A stretch of DNA of 45,871 nucleotides from a virus (Duplodnaviria; Caudoviricetes). The stretch's first letter is position 1. Every line of letters begins with the position of its first letter. Shown one piece after another: positions 26,054 to 35,932 of this stretch. The notes under the pieces were generated by a model. That model was not told the origin of the DNA. It was given only the letters and a program-made list of their open reading frames with translations, and did not search any database. The translations under genes were made by a program, and so were the position numbers. The stretch is from the IMG/VR virus record IMGVR_UViG_3300044759_000050, positions 1-45,871 of that record. One strand, 5' to 3'.

Positions 26054-27569
26054 GGTGTTCCACGATTGCTTGGGGCTAGCCGGCATCAGCCGACGTGACG
26101 TCTATATCTTAAACATCTGGGAATGCGTCGTTTATACCGATGCAAAGACCGGCACCATCTTCAGCACAAACGGAGGACCTCCACTGTGGACAAAGAAAGG
26201 CTTCACCGAGTACGGCTTGGAATTAGCTCAAGGCACGCTAGAGCGCTTGAGGCGATCTGGAGCCAATTGCATTCTGGCGCTTGGACAGCAAGCCCTGGAA
26301 TTATGCACCGGAAAGTCCGATCGCATTATGAAGTGGCGGGGTTCACCCATGGTCAGCTTAGATCGTACCGGTGGGAAGAAGTTGATCCCAACTGTACACC
26401 CGGCAGCGACTATCCATGGCGTTTACCTGTGGAGATACTTGATCATCAGCGACATGATCAAGGCGAAAGCGGAGTCGACGCACCCCGAGCTGGTCCTCCC
26501 ACGCCGAGACATATTGATCCGGCCGACGCTGAACGAGGCTCTGTACTTCATACGAATGTGCCAGCGAGCGGACCGGGTAGCCACCGACCTGGAGGTCGTC
26601 AACCATCAGATTAGCTGCTTCAGCCTATGCACCCAGGTCGACGAGGGGATCACGATTCCCTTGACCCACGAACACGGTGCTTATTGGGACGAGGGTGACG
26701 AAGCCCTCATCTGGCTTGAATATGCTAAGCTGATGGGTGATCCCAAGATCATGAAAATCAACCAGAACATGGTTGGCTTCGATGCAGTGTTTATGCTGCT
26801 GCAGAACAAGATACGCGTGCGCGGAGCGATCGGCGATCCGATGATTGCCCAAAGCCTTCTGTATCCTGAGTTCCTGAAGGGCATTGACTTCCAGGCCTCA
26901 ATGCACACACGCGAGCCCTATTGGAAAGACGAGGGCAAGATGTGGAAGAACGAAGGGGGTGACTTTCCGACATTCTGGAGGTATTGTGGCAAGGACGCAT
27001 GTGTTGCCATGGAGCTGTGGGACGTACACGCTGCCGAGCTAACGCGCCGGGGCATGTGGGACACCTACAACGAAACCGTCGAGATGATGGACCCCCTGAT
27101 CTACATGACGCTCAAAGGCCTAAAGGTGGACAAGAATAAGCTGGAAACCACCAAGGCTGACATCGAGCAGCAGATCGATGTGCTGGAAGCAGAGCTGATC
27201 GAGGTCGCTGACTATCCGTTCAACGCATTGAGCAGCGCCCAGTGCGCGAAGTACTTCTATGCGCACAAGGGCTTGCCTGCATATAAGAATGCCAACGGCG
27301 GCGTCACAACTGATGACAAGGCCATGAGCCGCATCTTCCGTAAGACCGGCTGGCGTGAGGCCAAGATCGTGCAAGAGATCCGTAACTTGCGTAAGCTGAA
27401 GGGCACCTACTTGGAGATTGAGTTCGATGCGGATTATCGCTTGAGGTGTACATGGAACCCACGCGGGACTTGGACAGGCCGACTGAGCAGCAGCAAGACC
27501 ATTCTTGGTACAGGTACGAATCTTCAGAACCTCGACCCAAGGTTCAAAGGCTTCATAGTGGCCGACTAG
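25941..27569 (+). CDS. DNA polymerase A, N-terminal part: UDG-like domain, 3'-5' exonuclease and thumb
   Basis: UDG motifs GQAPG..E..P.VG.SG and HPAA; Exo I DLE, Exo II N..GFD, Exo III YCGKD; TGRLSS...NLQN then a stop after FIVAD. Confidence 0.9.
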   Translation: MSTMYEDGNPSSKLVVLGQAPGREEAKRNLPLVGPSGEVFHDCLGLAGISRRDVYILNIWECVVYTDAKTGTIFSTNGGPPLWTKKGFTEYGLELAQGTLERLRRSGANCILALGQQALELCTGKSDRIMKWRGSPMVSLDRTGGKKLIPTVHPAATIHGVYLWRYLIISDMIKAKAESTHPELVLPRRDILIRPTLNEALYFIRMCQRADRVATDLEVVNHQISCFSLCTQVDEGITIPLTHEHGAYWDEGDEALIWLEYAKLMGDPKIMKINQNMVGFDAVFMLLQNKIRVRGAIGDPMIAQSLLYPEFLKGIDFQASMHTREPYWKDEGKMWKNEGGDFPTFWRYCGKDACVAMELWDVHAAELTRRGMWDTYNETVEMMDPLIYMTLKGLKVDKNKLETTKADIEQQIDVLEAELIEVADYPFNALSSAQCAKYFYAHKGLPAYKNANGGVTTDDKAMSRIFRKTGWREAKIVQEIRNLRKLKGTYLEIEFDADYRLRCTWNPRGTWTGRLSSSKTILGTGTNLQNLDPRFKGFIVAD

Positions 27570-27570
27570 G

Positions 27571-27780
27571 ATGCGTGTCAAAAGGCTTGATCAAAACGGA
27601 ATACGCTACTACAATCGGCGGTGGTGCAGTCAGGTGGTGGTGTCTAGCTACTTTCCTAAGGCTAAGCCCTGGCGATGTAAGACGTCGGCCAATTGGCTAA
27701 TCGACGATGTGCCGTACTGCAATCGGCACGCTGGGCTGATGGCCCTAATTCACATGGAGGACGAGCATGAGAGACATTGA
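27571..27780 (+). CDS. Small putative Zn-binding protein inside the split polymerase locus
   Basis: C...C...YCNRH; coupled to its neighbours. Confidence 0.55.
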   Translation: MRVKRLDQNGIRYYNRRWCSQVVVSSYFPKAKPWRCKTSANWLIDDVPYCNRHAGLMALIHMEDEHERH

Positions 27781-28030
27781 TTCAGTGTTGCGAGACGTGG
27801 GCGAGGAGTTCTCGCGTGCAGTCAAGAAGTTCCCACGCTCCTTCGTGAATGCACACGAAGGTTTCTCCGTGCTGTATGAGGAAGTCGACGAGCTGTGGGA
27901 CGAGGTCAAGGCGGACAATCGCGAACGTCAGCTCGCCGAGGCTATCCAAGTGGCTGCCATGGCTGTGCGGTTCGTGGTCGAGCTGAGCGGCCGTGACCGC
28001 AATGAGGAGGAGGGGCGCAATGCTAGTTGA
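27767..28030 (+). CDS. MazG-like NTP pyrophosphohydrolase
   Basis: EGFSVLYEEVDELWDEV...EAIQVAAMAVRF; GGAGG RBS. Confidence 0.75.
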   Translation: MRDIDSVLRDVGEEFSRAVKKFPRSFVNAHEGFSVLYEEVDELWDEVKADNRERQLAEAIQVAAMAVRFVVELSGRDRNEEEGRNAS

Positions 28031-28907
28031 GTTTGATCTCGCGGGGGCCGAGTGGGTCATCGTCGCATACCTCGCCGACGATGCCAACATGCTGAGCGTC
28101 GTCAAATCCGGCCGCTCGCCCCATGTGGCCACCGGCGCCCTAATCAGCCGCTGCCCTGAGGCGCTGGTCATCAAGGAGCATGAGTTGCTTGGCTCCATGA
28201 CTGACCCAGATGGCCTGCTCACGATGCGAAAACGGGTCTTGCCAGAGCTGTTTGAGGGCGACTACTTCATCCCGCGGTCGATGACCATCAGACAGGCTGG
28301 CAAGAAATCTAATCATGGCTTGAACTACAACATGAAGTACCGGCGCTTTGCACTTGAGAATGAGATGCCTGAAACCGACGCTAAGCCCATCGTGGAGCTG
28401 TACAATGATGAGGCGTATCCAGGCATACCTCGCACGTTCCATGCTGACGTACGCAGCGAGCTGAAGACCAATGACCGTACAATCGTGAACCTGCTAGGCC
28501 GCAAAGCCCGCCTGTTGGATCAAGCCGGCTCGGACCTGTGGGACAAGGCGTACGCATTCAAGCCGCAGTCGACCGTCTGGGACATCTGCCGACAGGCCAT
28601 CGTGCGGGCATTCAACAGCACAGACCCGCTGTTCGAACCCATGCAGTTGAATGCCCAGGTACACGACTCTATCCTGTTCAACTATCCCAGCGAGCCGCGT
28701 GAGCGGCTCATGGCCTTTGCCAGCCGGATGGTCGAGTTGATGAGCGTGAAACTCGTGGCTAAGGGCCACGAGTTTGTGCTGGGGGTGGATGTGAAAGCTG
28801 GCCCCAACTGGGGCCAGATGGAGAAGCTTGTACTACCCAAAGATATCTCTGAGGAGTGGCGCCCTAGGGACACCGCTGGTGTCCCCCTGATCGGGGCGAC
28901 TATATAG
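28020..28907 (+). CDS. DNA polymerase A, C-terminal catalytic part
   Basis: Motif A DLAGAE; motif B RQAGKKSNHGLNY; motif C VHDS; G.NWG; own AGGAGG RBS. Confidence 0.9.
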   Translation: MLVEFDLAGAEWVIVAYLADDANMLSVVKSGRSPHVATGALISRCPEALVIKEHELLGSMTDPDGLLTMRKRVLPELFEGDYFIPRSMTIRQAGKKSNHGLNYNMKYRRFALENEMPETDAKPIVELYNDEAYPGIPRTFHADVRSELKTNDRTIVNLLGRKARLLDQAGSDLWDKAYAFKPQSTVWDICRQAIVRAFNSTDPLFEPMQLNAQVHDSILFNYPSEPRERLMAFASRMVELMSVKLVAKGHEFVLGVDVKAGPNWGQMEKLVLPKDISEEWRPRDTAGVPLIGATI

Positions 28908-30197
28908 TTCGCCAAACGGCGAACCAAACGCTTGTTCAGCCAGCTCGGGGGAGAAGCCTCCGCGTGACTCCTCCCCCTGACGCACCAAGCGTCCAGCCCG
29001 GCGTGGACGATCCGCCGAGATGGCAACTGGCCCCGGCTCCTCTGGCGAGTCCTCGGGACTCGCTGGAAGCCGGTACGAGGCTTGCGCTGGCGATCCAACG
29101 TCGCCTGCCGGATTGGCTTCGGCAGACGGTGTAGCCGCTGCAGCAGCAAGCCTGTTCTGCTCATACTGCTTTGTGTCAAGCTGCATGTAAGTGTGCAGCT
29201 GATCGTAGCGCTTCTCTGCCTCGGCAAGCGTCGCATAAGCGGGGAACTTGTCCCAGCCCACCTGCCTCACACGGTCAACCGCTTCGCGAACTGGAAGCAC
29301 TTTGCCATCCCACACAGTGGGGATGAGATATGTCTTGTTGCCCAGCTGAACCGTGGTCTGATACAGGGTGGAGCGCGTTCCGTCCTCGTTGTCAACGCCT
29401 CCCTTTCCATGCAGGTTGGTCAGATGACGCCTGTAGAGCGCTCGCTCAGCGGGATTGAGCTTCAGCTCGTCCTCGGCCTGCTGCATGTATGCGGTGCGGA
29501 CGGGTAGCTTGTCCGATCGCCCGGGCGTGGGAGGCACACGAGCAGCATTCGGATCGAATGCAGTCATGGTACTCCCTGCCCGGGGATCGCCCTCACGCGC
29601 ATAACGAGCGTTCCACATATTCACAAACTGACCGCTCGTTACACGTTCGACGGAGCCGAACTGACGCTTTTGCTGCGCCGGAACGTTGCCCCAAATAGCT
29701 TTCTTGGCCCACCGCGCACCCTTCCGACGTCCCTCGGAGGTTGCCAGCATATTCTGCCACGCAGGCCGCTCTGGGTTGGCAAGGTGCTTCGCCCCACCTG
29801 CCGTGCCCTGTTGGTGCAGCAGATACAGGACTGGACCTGTAGCCGGCTGACCTGTCTTTGCCTCATATTCCATAGCGTTCCGTTTGAGGAGCTTCGCAAA
29901 AGCACGCGCGTTGTCCTCAGGATCAAAGATATTTCCACCTCCGTGCCGTCGAAACTCCTCGGTCGACAGCTGATATAAGCCCTTGTATGATCCCGTTCGA
30001 GCGTTCGGCTTAAAGCTGCTCTCAATGCCAGCGAACCTAAGCATCACGTCGACGGGAAGCCCATGCTCGCTCGCGACCCTGGCCAGCGTATTTGCGATAC
30101 TCTGGGTTGGTTTTGATCTAGCCATTCTAGCCTCCGAGGAGCTTGTCGACAGAGTGAGCCCGATGCCCAATGCTGTCCCCAATACCTGCCTCAACAT
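28833..30197 (-). CDS. Virion-associated lytic transglycosylase (SLT-like) protein
   Basis: IESSF.PNA..GS.KGLYQ and YL.HQQG; last gene of the internal-protein cluster. Confidence 0.8.
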   Translation of the reverse strand: MLRQVLGTALGIGLTLSTSSSEARMARSKPTQSIANTLARVASEHGLPVDVMLRFAGIESSFKPNARTGSYKGLYQLSTEEFRRHGGGNIFDPEDNARAFAKLLKRNAMEYEAKTGQPATGPVLYLLHQQGTAGGAKHLANPERPAWQNMLATSEGRRKGARWAKKAIWGNVPAQQKRQFGSVERVTSGQFVNMWNARYAREGDPRAGSTMTAFDPNAARVPPTPGRSDKLPVRTAYMQQAEDELKLNPAERALYRRHLTNLHGKGGVDNEDGTRSTLYQTTVQLGNKTYLIPTVWDGKVLPVREAVDRVRQVGWDKFPAYATLAEAEKRYDQLHTYMQLDTKQYEQNRLAAAAATPSAEANPAGDVGSPAQASYRLPASPEDSPEEPGPVAISADRPRRAGRLVRQGEESRGGFSPELAEQAFGSPFGELYSRPDQGDTSGVPRAPLLRDIFG

Positions 30198-30209
30198 GGT
30201 TCATGGACG

Positions 30210-32531
30210 TTATTCCATGGACATTGCTTTGTCAAGCTCACTGATAAAGGTGTTGAAATTGTAAGATAGGTTCTCGGCCTGCTCTTGCGTGATCGTGCCG
30301 TCGCCTAGCATGTTGTGAATAGCGTACGCACCGCCACGCAGCACAGCAGCCGCCTTAACGGCACGGCGAGCCTCAGGCGCCAGCACCGTACGGAGTGCCC
30401 GCGCTGAGCGCGGATCACTGATCATGTTGGCCAACATGCGGCTGCCGCCAATCGTGATGATCGCCCCAACGTAGCCAGGCGTCGCCGCTCCAGCGGTTCC
30501 CACAATCGCCCAAGGGCGCACTGTGTTAATCAAGCTCTTAATGCCGCCCATAGTCGCTCTACGAGCGACAAAGGTCGATACGTCAGGGATCTCAGCGGTG
30601 CTCGCCCTCCGTGCCACCTCCACCAAGTTGCCAACCTGATCCATCGTAAGGCCACCCGCACGCTGCAGGAGCGCTTGCGTCTGCAGGTACTTTCCGCTGC
30701 GCGGATCGTTTAGGCCGATTTGCTTCGCAAACTCGTCAACGTCGAAGCGACGGACGTTGTTCGCCTCAGTGATTGTGGAGCGCTGGACGGCTTCATTCAT
30801 CACAGCGCCAGCCAGCGATCGCATCGTCTCAGGGCGAACAAGCCGGCCCAGTTCGTTGACCATCGCCGGGCTGTCGCCGCGCAGGATTACCTTGGCCAAG
30901 CCATCCATGCCTCGGGTGCCAAGGTCAGTTAGCTGAGCCGATCTGAGCGTTGGAGACGCCGTCATACCCATGCGCCGAGCGCTGGTCGATTGCAGCACCT
31001 GCATCACGGTATCACGGAGCGTGTCATCCAAGTTGCGGAACTCAGCAATGATGGCTCGGCTCTGAGGCGTAGACGTCCCACCACGCTCAGTTGCATTAGT
31101 CAGCATATCCATCTGCACAGCTTGGCGCAAGCGGTCCAAGCGGCCGAGGGTACGTGCATCACCGCTCCCAGCATATTGAACCATCTTCTCGTCAATGGTC
31201 TGCAACAGCGTGTCCATGCGCCGCAGCGACTGATCAGCGATCTGCGTACCAGACAGGCCTGTCTGTGGGTTGATGTCGGTCAGCTGGCGCGTGGTGCTTC
31301 TGATGAACTTGCGCAGATCCTCAGATGCCTTGGTCGTGGCAAGGCGGCCGCCACCAAGAGCCTGTGGCGTCTCCTGAATCAGCTGCTTAGCAAGTGTGTC
31401 TGTCGCTGTGCGTGTATGCACAGGCCTAACAGTCACACCCATGAAGTCAGCGCGACGCAGCAGATCTGTGAATTCCGCCTGGAAGTGATTGCCAATATTC
31501 GCTGAGGTTTCGCCGGCCTCACGCAGGATGTTACCACTGACCTCGTCGAAGCTGGCTAGCGGCCCCAGCCGCTGCGGGATGCCATCAAACGCTCGGCTGA
31601 TCTGACCCATAGCTCGCTCAGAGCGTGCCTTGAGAGCCCCGGCAACCCAGGGAAAGCGGCCCATCACTGACACAAAGCTACGCGCGTACGTGCCGTTGCC
31701 CACCTGAACCGGGAGGATAGCAATGCCCTCGCGCGTAGCCGCCTCAGCAAGCTCCCTCGAACCGACGTTAGAGCCGGTCAAGACGCCCGTCACGCCACGG
31801 CCCAGCGCGCGTGCGGTTGAGACGCCTCCTAGCGTGGCGATGTCGAGCAGCACCTCGCCCTCAAGGACTGTTGCTAGCTTCTCATTGCTCAAGCCAAGCT
31901 TATCGCGCGAGCCGGGCTCCATCATGCCCGTCGCTTCCAGCAGCTCCATTGTAGTTTCGGGGGCAATCGCCCCCAAGCCGGTGCCTACAATGCTGCCCAT
32001 GACGCCAGCAGCGCCCTTGACAATAGGGGGTCCAGGCACCCCCGTTGCCGCTAGGCCCAAGCCCACTCCGCCACCGATCGTGGTGCCCATGCGGGTCCAA
32101 GGTAGCGGATCGTCAACATCTGTACCGAACAGCCGCCCCATCAGCTTGCCGAAGATGCCAGGATTCTCATCGATAGCAACGTTGGGCTCATCAAGCCGTT
32201 GAACAGGGTCTTCAGGCTGGGTCAGCGATTCAACTGGGCTGGGGCCAAGGGGGCCAGCGGCCCCTTGACCAAGGCGTCTTTGCAGCAATGCGATCGAGTC
32301 ATCCAAGCCGCTCGGCGCTGGTTCGGCTGGGGCCACAGGCTCAGCTGGCGAGGGCTGAGGTTGAACAACGGGACTAGGCCCCGTGGGCATCCCGGGAGCA
32401 CGCTCAGGCATAGGCACTTGCGGCGGAGCCTGCGGGTCGCCTGGCAAAGGCTCCGCTGTTGGCCGCTCTGGCTGTGGCGGTTGAGGTCCCCCAGGAGCGC
32501 CGATTTGCTCCTCAAGTAGCTGATCTACCAT
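30210..32531 (-). CDS. Internal virion/DNA ejection protein
   Basis: 773 aa; Gly/Ala-rich helical; podovirus synteny. Confidence 0.65.
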   Translation of the reverse strand: MVDQLLEEQIGAPGGPQPPQPERPTAEPLPGDPQAPPQVPMPERAPGMPTGPSPVVQPQPSPAEPVAPAEPAPSGLDDSIALLQRRLGQGAAGPLGPSPVESLTQPEDPVQRLDEPNVAIDENPGIFGKLMGRLFGTDVDDPLPWTRMGTTIGGGVGLGLAATGVPGPPIVKGAAGVMGSIVGTGLGAIAPETTMELLEATGMMEPGSRDKLGLSNEKLATVLEGEVLLDIATLGGVSTARALGRGVTGVLTGSNVGSRELAEAATREGIAILPVQVGNGTYARSFVSVMGRFPWVAGALKARSERAMGQISRAFDGIPQRLGPLASFDEVSGNILREAGETSANIGNHFQAEFTDLLRRADFMGVTVRPVHTRTATDTLAKQLIQETPQALGGGRLATTKASEDLRKFIRSTTRQLTDINPQTGLSGTQIADQSLRRMDTLLQTIDEKMVQYAGSGDARTLGRLDRLRQAVQMDMLTNATERGGTSTPQSRAIIAEFRNLDDTLRDTVMQVLQSTSARRMGMTASPTLRSAQLTDLGTRGMDGLAKVILRGDSPAMVNELGRLVRPETMRSLAGAVMNEAVQRSTITEANNVRRFDVDEFAKQIGLNDPRSGKYLQTQALLQRAGGLTMDQVGNLVEVARRASTAEIPDVSTFVARRATMGGIKSLINTVRPWAIVGTAGAATPGYVGAIITIGGSRMLANMISDPRSARALRTVLAPEARRAVKAAAVLRGGAYAIHNMLGDGTITQEQAENLSYNFNTFISELDKAMSME

Positions 32532-32534
32532 AGC

Positions 32535-33986
32535 TTAACCCTTTCCACGAGGCGGTTTGCCCGGCTGCGCCGGAGGCCTCGGTGTAATGTAGTCAGGCAG
32601 CTTCTTTTTGCGAGGCTTGGCCGGAGCTTTAGGCTTCGCATCGCCAGCGGGCTTCGGAGCCTTCGGCTCAGCTTTGGGCTTGGGTGCGGCTGGTGCCTTT
32701 GGCTCGCTGGTTGCAGATGTGGCAGCTTTGGCAGCGGTTTCAGCCGGCTTCGACGCAGCGGCGTCGGGGACTGAAAGTCCCCGCTTCTGGAACTCCCTCG
32801 TAACGCGGTCGACCTCAAAGCCCTCCTTGAATAGCCGCTCAGCCGCCTCGTTGTCCAGGTTCAGCTTCTTGCCAGCTATCCGATCAACGATCACGCGGGG
32901 CGGCAGGTTGAGTGAGCGGGCCAAACCCTCCATGCCAATGCCCTTCTCAGCCGCCTCATAGAACGTGCCGACTGGATCTTGTGCGAACACCTTGCGATTG
33001 TCTTGCCAGAACTTGGATGGCGCCTTAGGCATTGAGGTGTAGCGCTGGAAGTCAGTCGCAAGCGTTTTGTTCTCCACATCCATCGCCGCCTGAAATTCCT
33101 TGTCGCGCTGCTTATTGAGGCGGGTCGTGGCAGCTTTGTCCGTTGCAGCGGTCTTTTTGCCTCGTGCAGCCGCATCAGCCGTAGCAGCGTCGTCAGCCAG
33201 CTTCTTGCTAGCGGCCTCCTGTGTCTTGCGAGCCGTTCGTTCGGCGACCATGCTAGTCGCTTTGCCAATCAGGCTTGGCACAGCTGCACCAGCACTGCCT
33301 ATGGCAGCCGTCACTGCCCCACGGCCAACAGCGCGACCTACGCGCTCGCCAGATACGCTTGGCTCCTCAGTGGGGCCACTGGAATAACCCTGCGCAGCTC
33401 CCTGTGGCGCAGCCACAGCCGCACCTTTACCCATCGAACCAGCGATGGTTTTGCCGGGCTTCATGAACCCAGCCATCATGCCAGTCACGAAGGGCATTGC
33501 GTTTTCAGCTGCTGCGACAAAGTCGGGATGCTGCTCGGTCAGCTCGTCCAAGCGCCGCTCATGCTCTTGGCGCACCTTGTCGAAGTCATCTGACTTCACA
33601 CGGCCAGACGCCACGTCAGCTGTGGCTTGTATCCAAGGCAACATGCCCCCAGTGAGGACGTTGGCCACGAGCAAGTTCTGACTGTCCTTGTAGCGCGTGT
33701 CATCAGGGCTGACGAGGCCTGCCAAGTTCTGGCCCGGAGCCTTCTCAGGTAAATCGGGTCCAGCTGGGGTGATCAAATTTTGATCAGTTAAGGTGGATGG
33801 GTCCGCCGCAGCTTGTGCCGTCCGCACCTTGACAGGCGGAGGCGTAGGCAGGGGCTCCGGCCTCGGATTGAAGACGTCCTCCATGGTCTCCGGATCGTGC
33901 GGATCAGGGAAGATCGGCTCGCCCCTGGCCATAGGCAGAGCTGGCTCAATCGGGACCTGACGAACCTCGTCGCGTAAAGCCATCAT
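32535..33986 (-). CDS. Internal virion/DNA ejection protein
   Basis: Ala/Gly-rich with a K/P/A tail; synteny. Confidence 0.6.
   Translation of the reverse strand: MMALRDEVRQVPIEPALPMARGEPIFPDPHDPETMEDVFNPRPEPLPTPPPVKVRTAQAAADPSTLTDQNLITPAGPDLPEKAPGQNLAGLVSPDDTRYKDSQNLLVANVLTGGMLPWIQATADVASGRVKSDDFDKVRQEHERRLDELTEQHPDFVAAAENAMPFVTGMMAGFMKPGKTIAGSMGKGAAVAAPQGAAQGYSSGPTEEPSVSGERVGRAVGRGAVTAAIGSAGAAVPSLIGKATSMVAERTARKTQEAASKKLADDAATADAAARGKKTAATDKAATTRLNKQRDKEFQAAMDVENKTLATDFQRYTSMPKAPSKFWQDNRKVFAQDPVGTFYEAAEKGIGMEGLARSLNLPPRVIVDRIAGKKLNLDNEAAERLFKEGFEVDRVTREFQKRGLSVPDAAASKPAETAAKAATSATSEPKAPAAPKPKAEPKAPKPAGDAKPKAPAKPRKKKLPDYITPRPPAQPGKPPRGKG
33770..33786. repeat. 17-bp palindrome, copy 5 (intragenic)
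   Basis: TGATCAAATTTTGATCA inside ORF 32535-33986 (encodes DQNLI). Confidence 0.95.
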
Positions 33987-35932
33987 CGACCTCCTGGACG
34001 TGGGGGCATCCGCTGCGGTGCAGGCGTCAAGCGGAATGCACTCACATCCTGCCCGCCGCCCACGGAGGCTCCGCCTCCGCCACTCACTGAGCCGCCTCCA
34101 CGCGAAGCGATGGCTTGTCCAAAGCTCTGAAATGCCCGGGCAATCGCCGCAGCGTTCTTGGCATCCTCATCCTTGCGATCCTGCGCCTTACGGTACTCAA
34201 AGGTCTCGCGTTGAAACGCCTCGTCGCGCTGACGATTAGCTTCGGTCGCCTGGAACTGCTGCTGCTGCAGGCGCTGCGACTCGATTTGCGCAGTCGCAAG
34301 CCTGTCTTCGCGATCGAGCGACCGTTCCTCGCCGCGGGTCGCCCGCTGCTCACGCTGCAATTCAAGCGACTGCGTCTGGTCAGAGCGTTGGATCTCCCTA
34401 GCCTTCTTCTCGGTCTCCAGGGCGCCGAGGGTCTGTTCTTCCTCAGCCAGCGTCGGGCTGGCAGGCGTCACAGTCGCACCCTTGTCGCCACTCTTACGCC
34501 GCTGAGCCTCTTCAAGCAGCGACCGTGCCAGATCGTCTGGCAAGATGTCTGCACTCTCAGCCATCAGCTTGATGTCTTGATCGGCTAGCTGCTTGGTGAT
34601 GATGTTCATTCCGCTGATGCCAACCTGCCGCTTCATGGCTTCATCGAACTCGCGTGTGACCCCAGCGATTGTTCCAGTCAGCACCTTTTTGAACTGCTCC
34701 GGCGAGGCGCTCTGACCAATCATTGTGAGGTTCTGCGTAATGATGGCATTGGTCAAGCGGTTACCTGGGATGTCCTGAGCGATAGCCATCCGGTAGGCGA
34801 GACTCAGCACACTTGATTGGATCTGAGCACTGGTTTCAGCCGTCGCATCCAGGCCATGGCCCTTCGCCAGCTTGTCTCCAATGCGCTTTGCAAGGTAGCT
34901 AATACGCGGGTCTGTGGGATCGCTCTCATTCTTGGTGCCTGGATTGATCAGATTGATCACGCCCTCGACCTGGCGAATGGTCGACTGGAGGGTGCGTACC
35001 GCACCCCCGACTGGTCCCAGCACCTCCGGCCGGCCCTCGAACAGCTTGGTCATCTTGGCTGCTTCGCTGATGGTGCCACTGATCCCAACCGCCCGTGTGT
35101 TGATCGACTCGGCTACCTTGTCCTGCTCCTTGGGATCGAACGGCACCCGGTAGCCGGCCTGGATCAGGTCATTGTTGCGGTAGCGTTCGCGCGAGTCCAA
35201 ACCCAGCGCACCCACAAGTGTGGGTGACGCTTGCTGTGCAGCACTCGGCACAGTTCGCTGACCCTCGAAGCTTTGAATGGCTCCAGGCCCCTGCTGGTAC
35301 GGCCTCGGCCCAGTCGCCGCAGGCGTTGCCCCAGGCTGATCCTGTGTCAGCTGATCTTGGCGCTTTGCAGGAGGCTCCTCGGCGAGCGTGTCTCCAGCTG
35401 CGCCGCCAGCCAACTCGTCTTGGCCAGCTCCACCACTGATGGCTTCGCCGCCCGGCTGTTGCGGAGCAACCCCCTCAATCCCACCAACCTGATCGATGAA
35501 CTCATTCATAGGCACCTGACCCGTCATGATGCCACGGATCGTGTCAGTAATCTGGCCGGGCTGCGCTCCCTCGAGCTGTTGGCTGAAGCCAGTTCGGAGA
35601 GTCTGGAGCGTATCGGGGTCCAAGCTCGTGATCATGTTGTCAAGCTCGCGGAACTGCTCGCTCTTCGGATCCACGCCTACATGCTTGGCAAGCTCCTTGT
35701 TCAGAAACTTACGTGCTGGCTTGGCCAGACGGCTATCAAGGATTTTGTACAAGCGACCAGCAAGGTCGAGGTCGGCGCTGCGCATCTGAGATTGTTGCGC
35801 TTTGCTCTGCAGCTCAGCGCCTTTCTTCTGCTGCGCCTGCATGAACTGGCCTCGCTTCTCCTTGAACGCCGCATATTCGTCAAGGGTGGGCACACGTGCC
35901 TGACCAGGGCTGCCAAACTGACCAATAGCCAT
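33983..35932 (-). CDS. Internal virion/DNA ejection protein
   Basis: 649 aa; Q/E-rich coiled coil; synteny. Confidence 0.6.
   Translation of the reverse strand: MAIGQFGSPGQARVPTLDEYAAFKEKRGQFMQAQQKKGAELQSKAQQSQMRSADLDLAGRLYKILDSRLAKPARKFLNKELAKHVGVDPKSEQFRELDNMITSLDPDTLQTLRTGFSQQLEGAQPGQITDTIRGIMTGQVPMNEFIDQVGGIEGVAPQQPGGEAISGGAGQDELAGGAAGDTLAEEPPAKRQDQLTQDQPGATPAATGPRPYQQGPGAIQSFEGQRTVPSAAQQASPTLVGALGLDSRERYRNNDLIQAGYRVPFDPKEQDKVAESINTRAVGISGTISEAAKMTKLFEGRPEVLGPVGGAVRTLQSTIRQVEGVINLINPGTKNESDPTDPRISYLAKRIGDKLAKGHGLDATAETSAQIQSSVLSLAYRMAIAQDIPGNRLTNAIITQNLTMIGQSASPEQFKKVLTGTIAGVTREFDEAMKRQVGISGMNIITKQLADQDIKLMAESADILPDDLARSLLEEAQRRKSGDKGATVTPASPTLAEEEQTLGALETEKKAREIQRSDQTQSLELQREQRATRGEERSLDREDRLATAQIESQRLQQQQFQATEANRQRDEAFQRETFEYRKAQDRKDEDAKNAAAIARAFQSFGQAIASRGGGSVSGGGGASVGGGQDVSAFRLTPAPQRMPPRPGGR

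Noticed and set aside
27570-28019. Group I intron, intein or T4 gene 60-type ribosomal hop in polA
   Set aside because: The gap is filled by two coupled ORFs; I saw no intron core or intein termini, no in-frame GAC landing codon in the stop-free stretch before the second half, and the second half has its own strong RBS
28833-28907. 75-bp convergent overlap between polA and the transglycosylase gene
   Set aside because: Both tails are low-complexity; an ordinary feature of compact phage genomes
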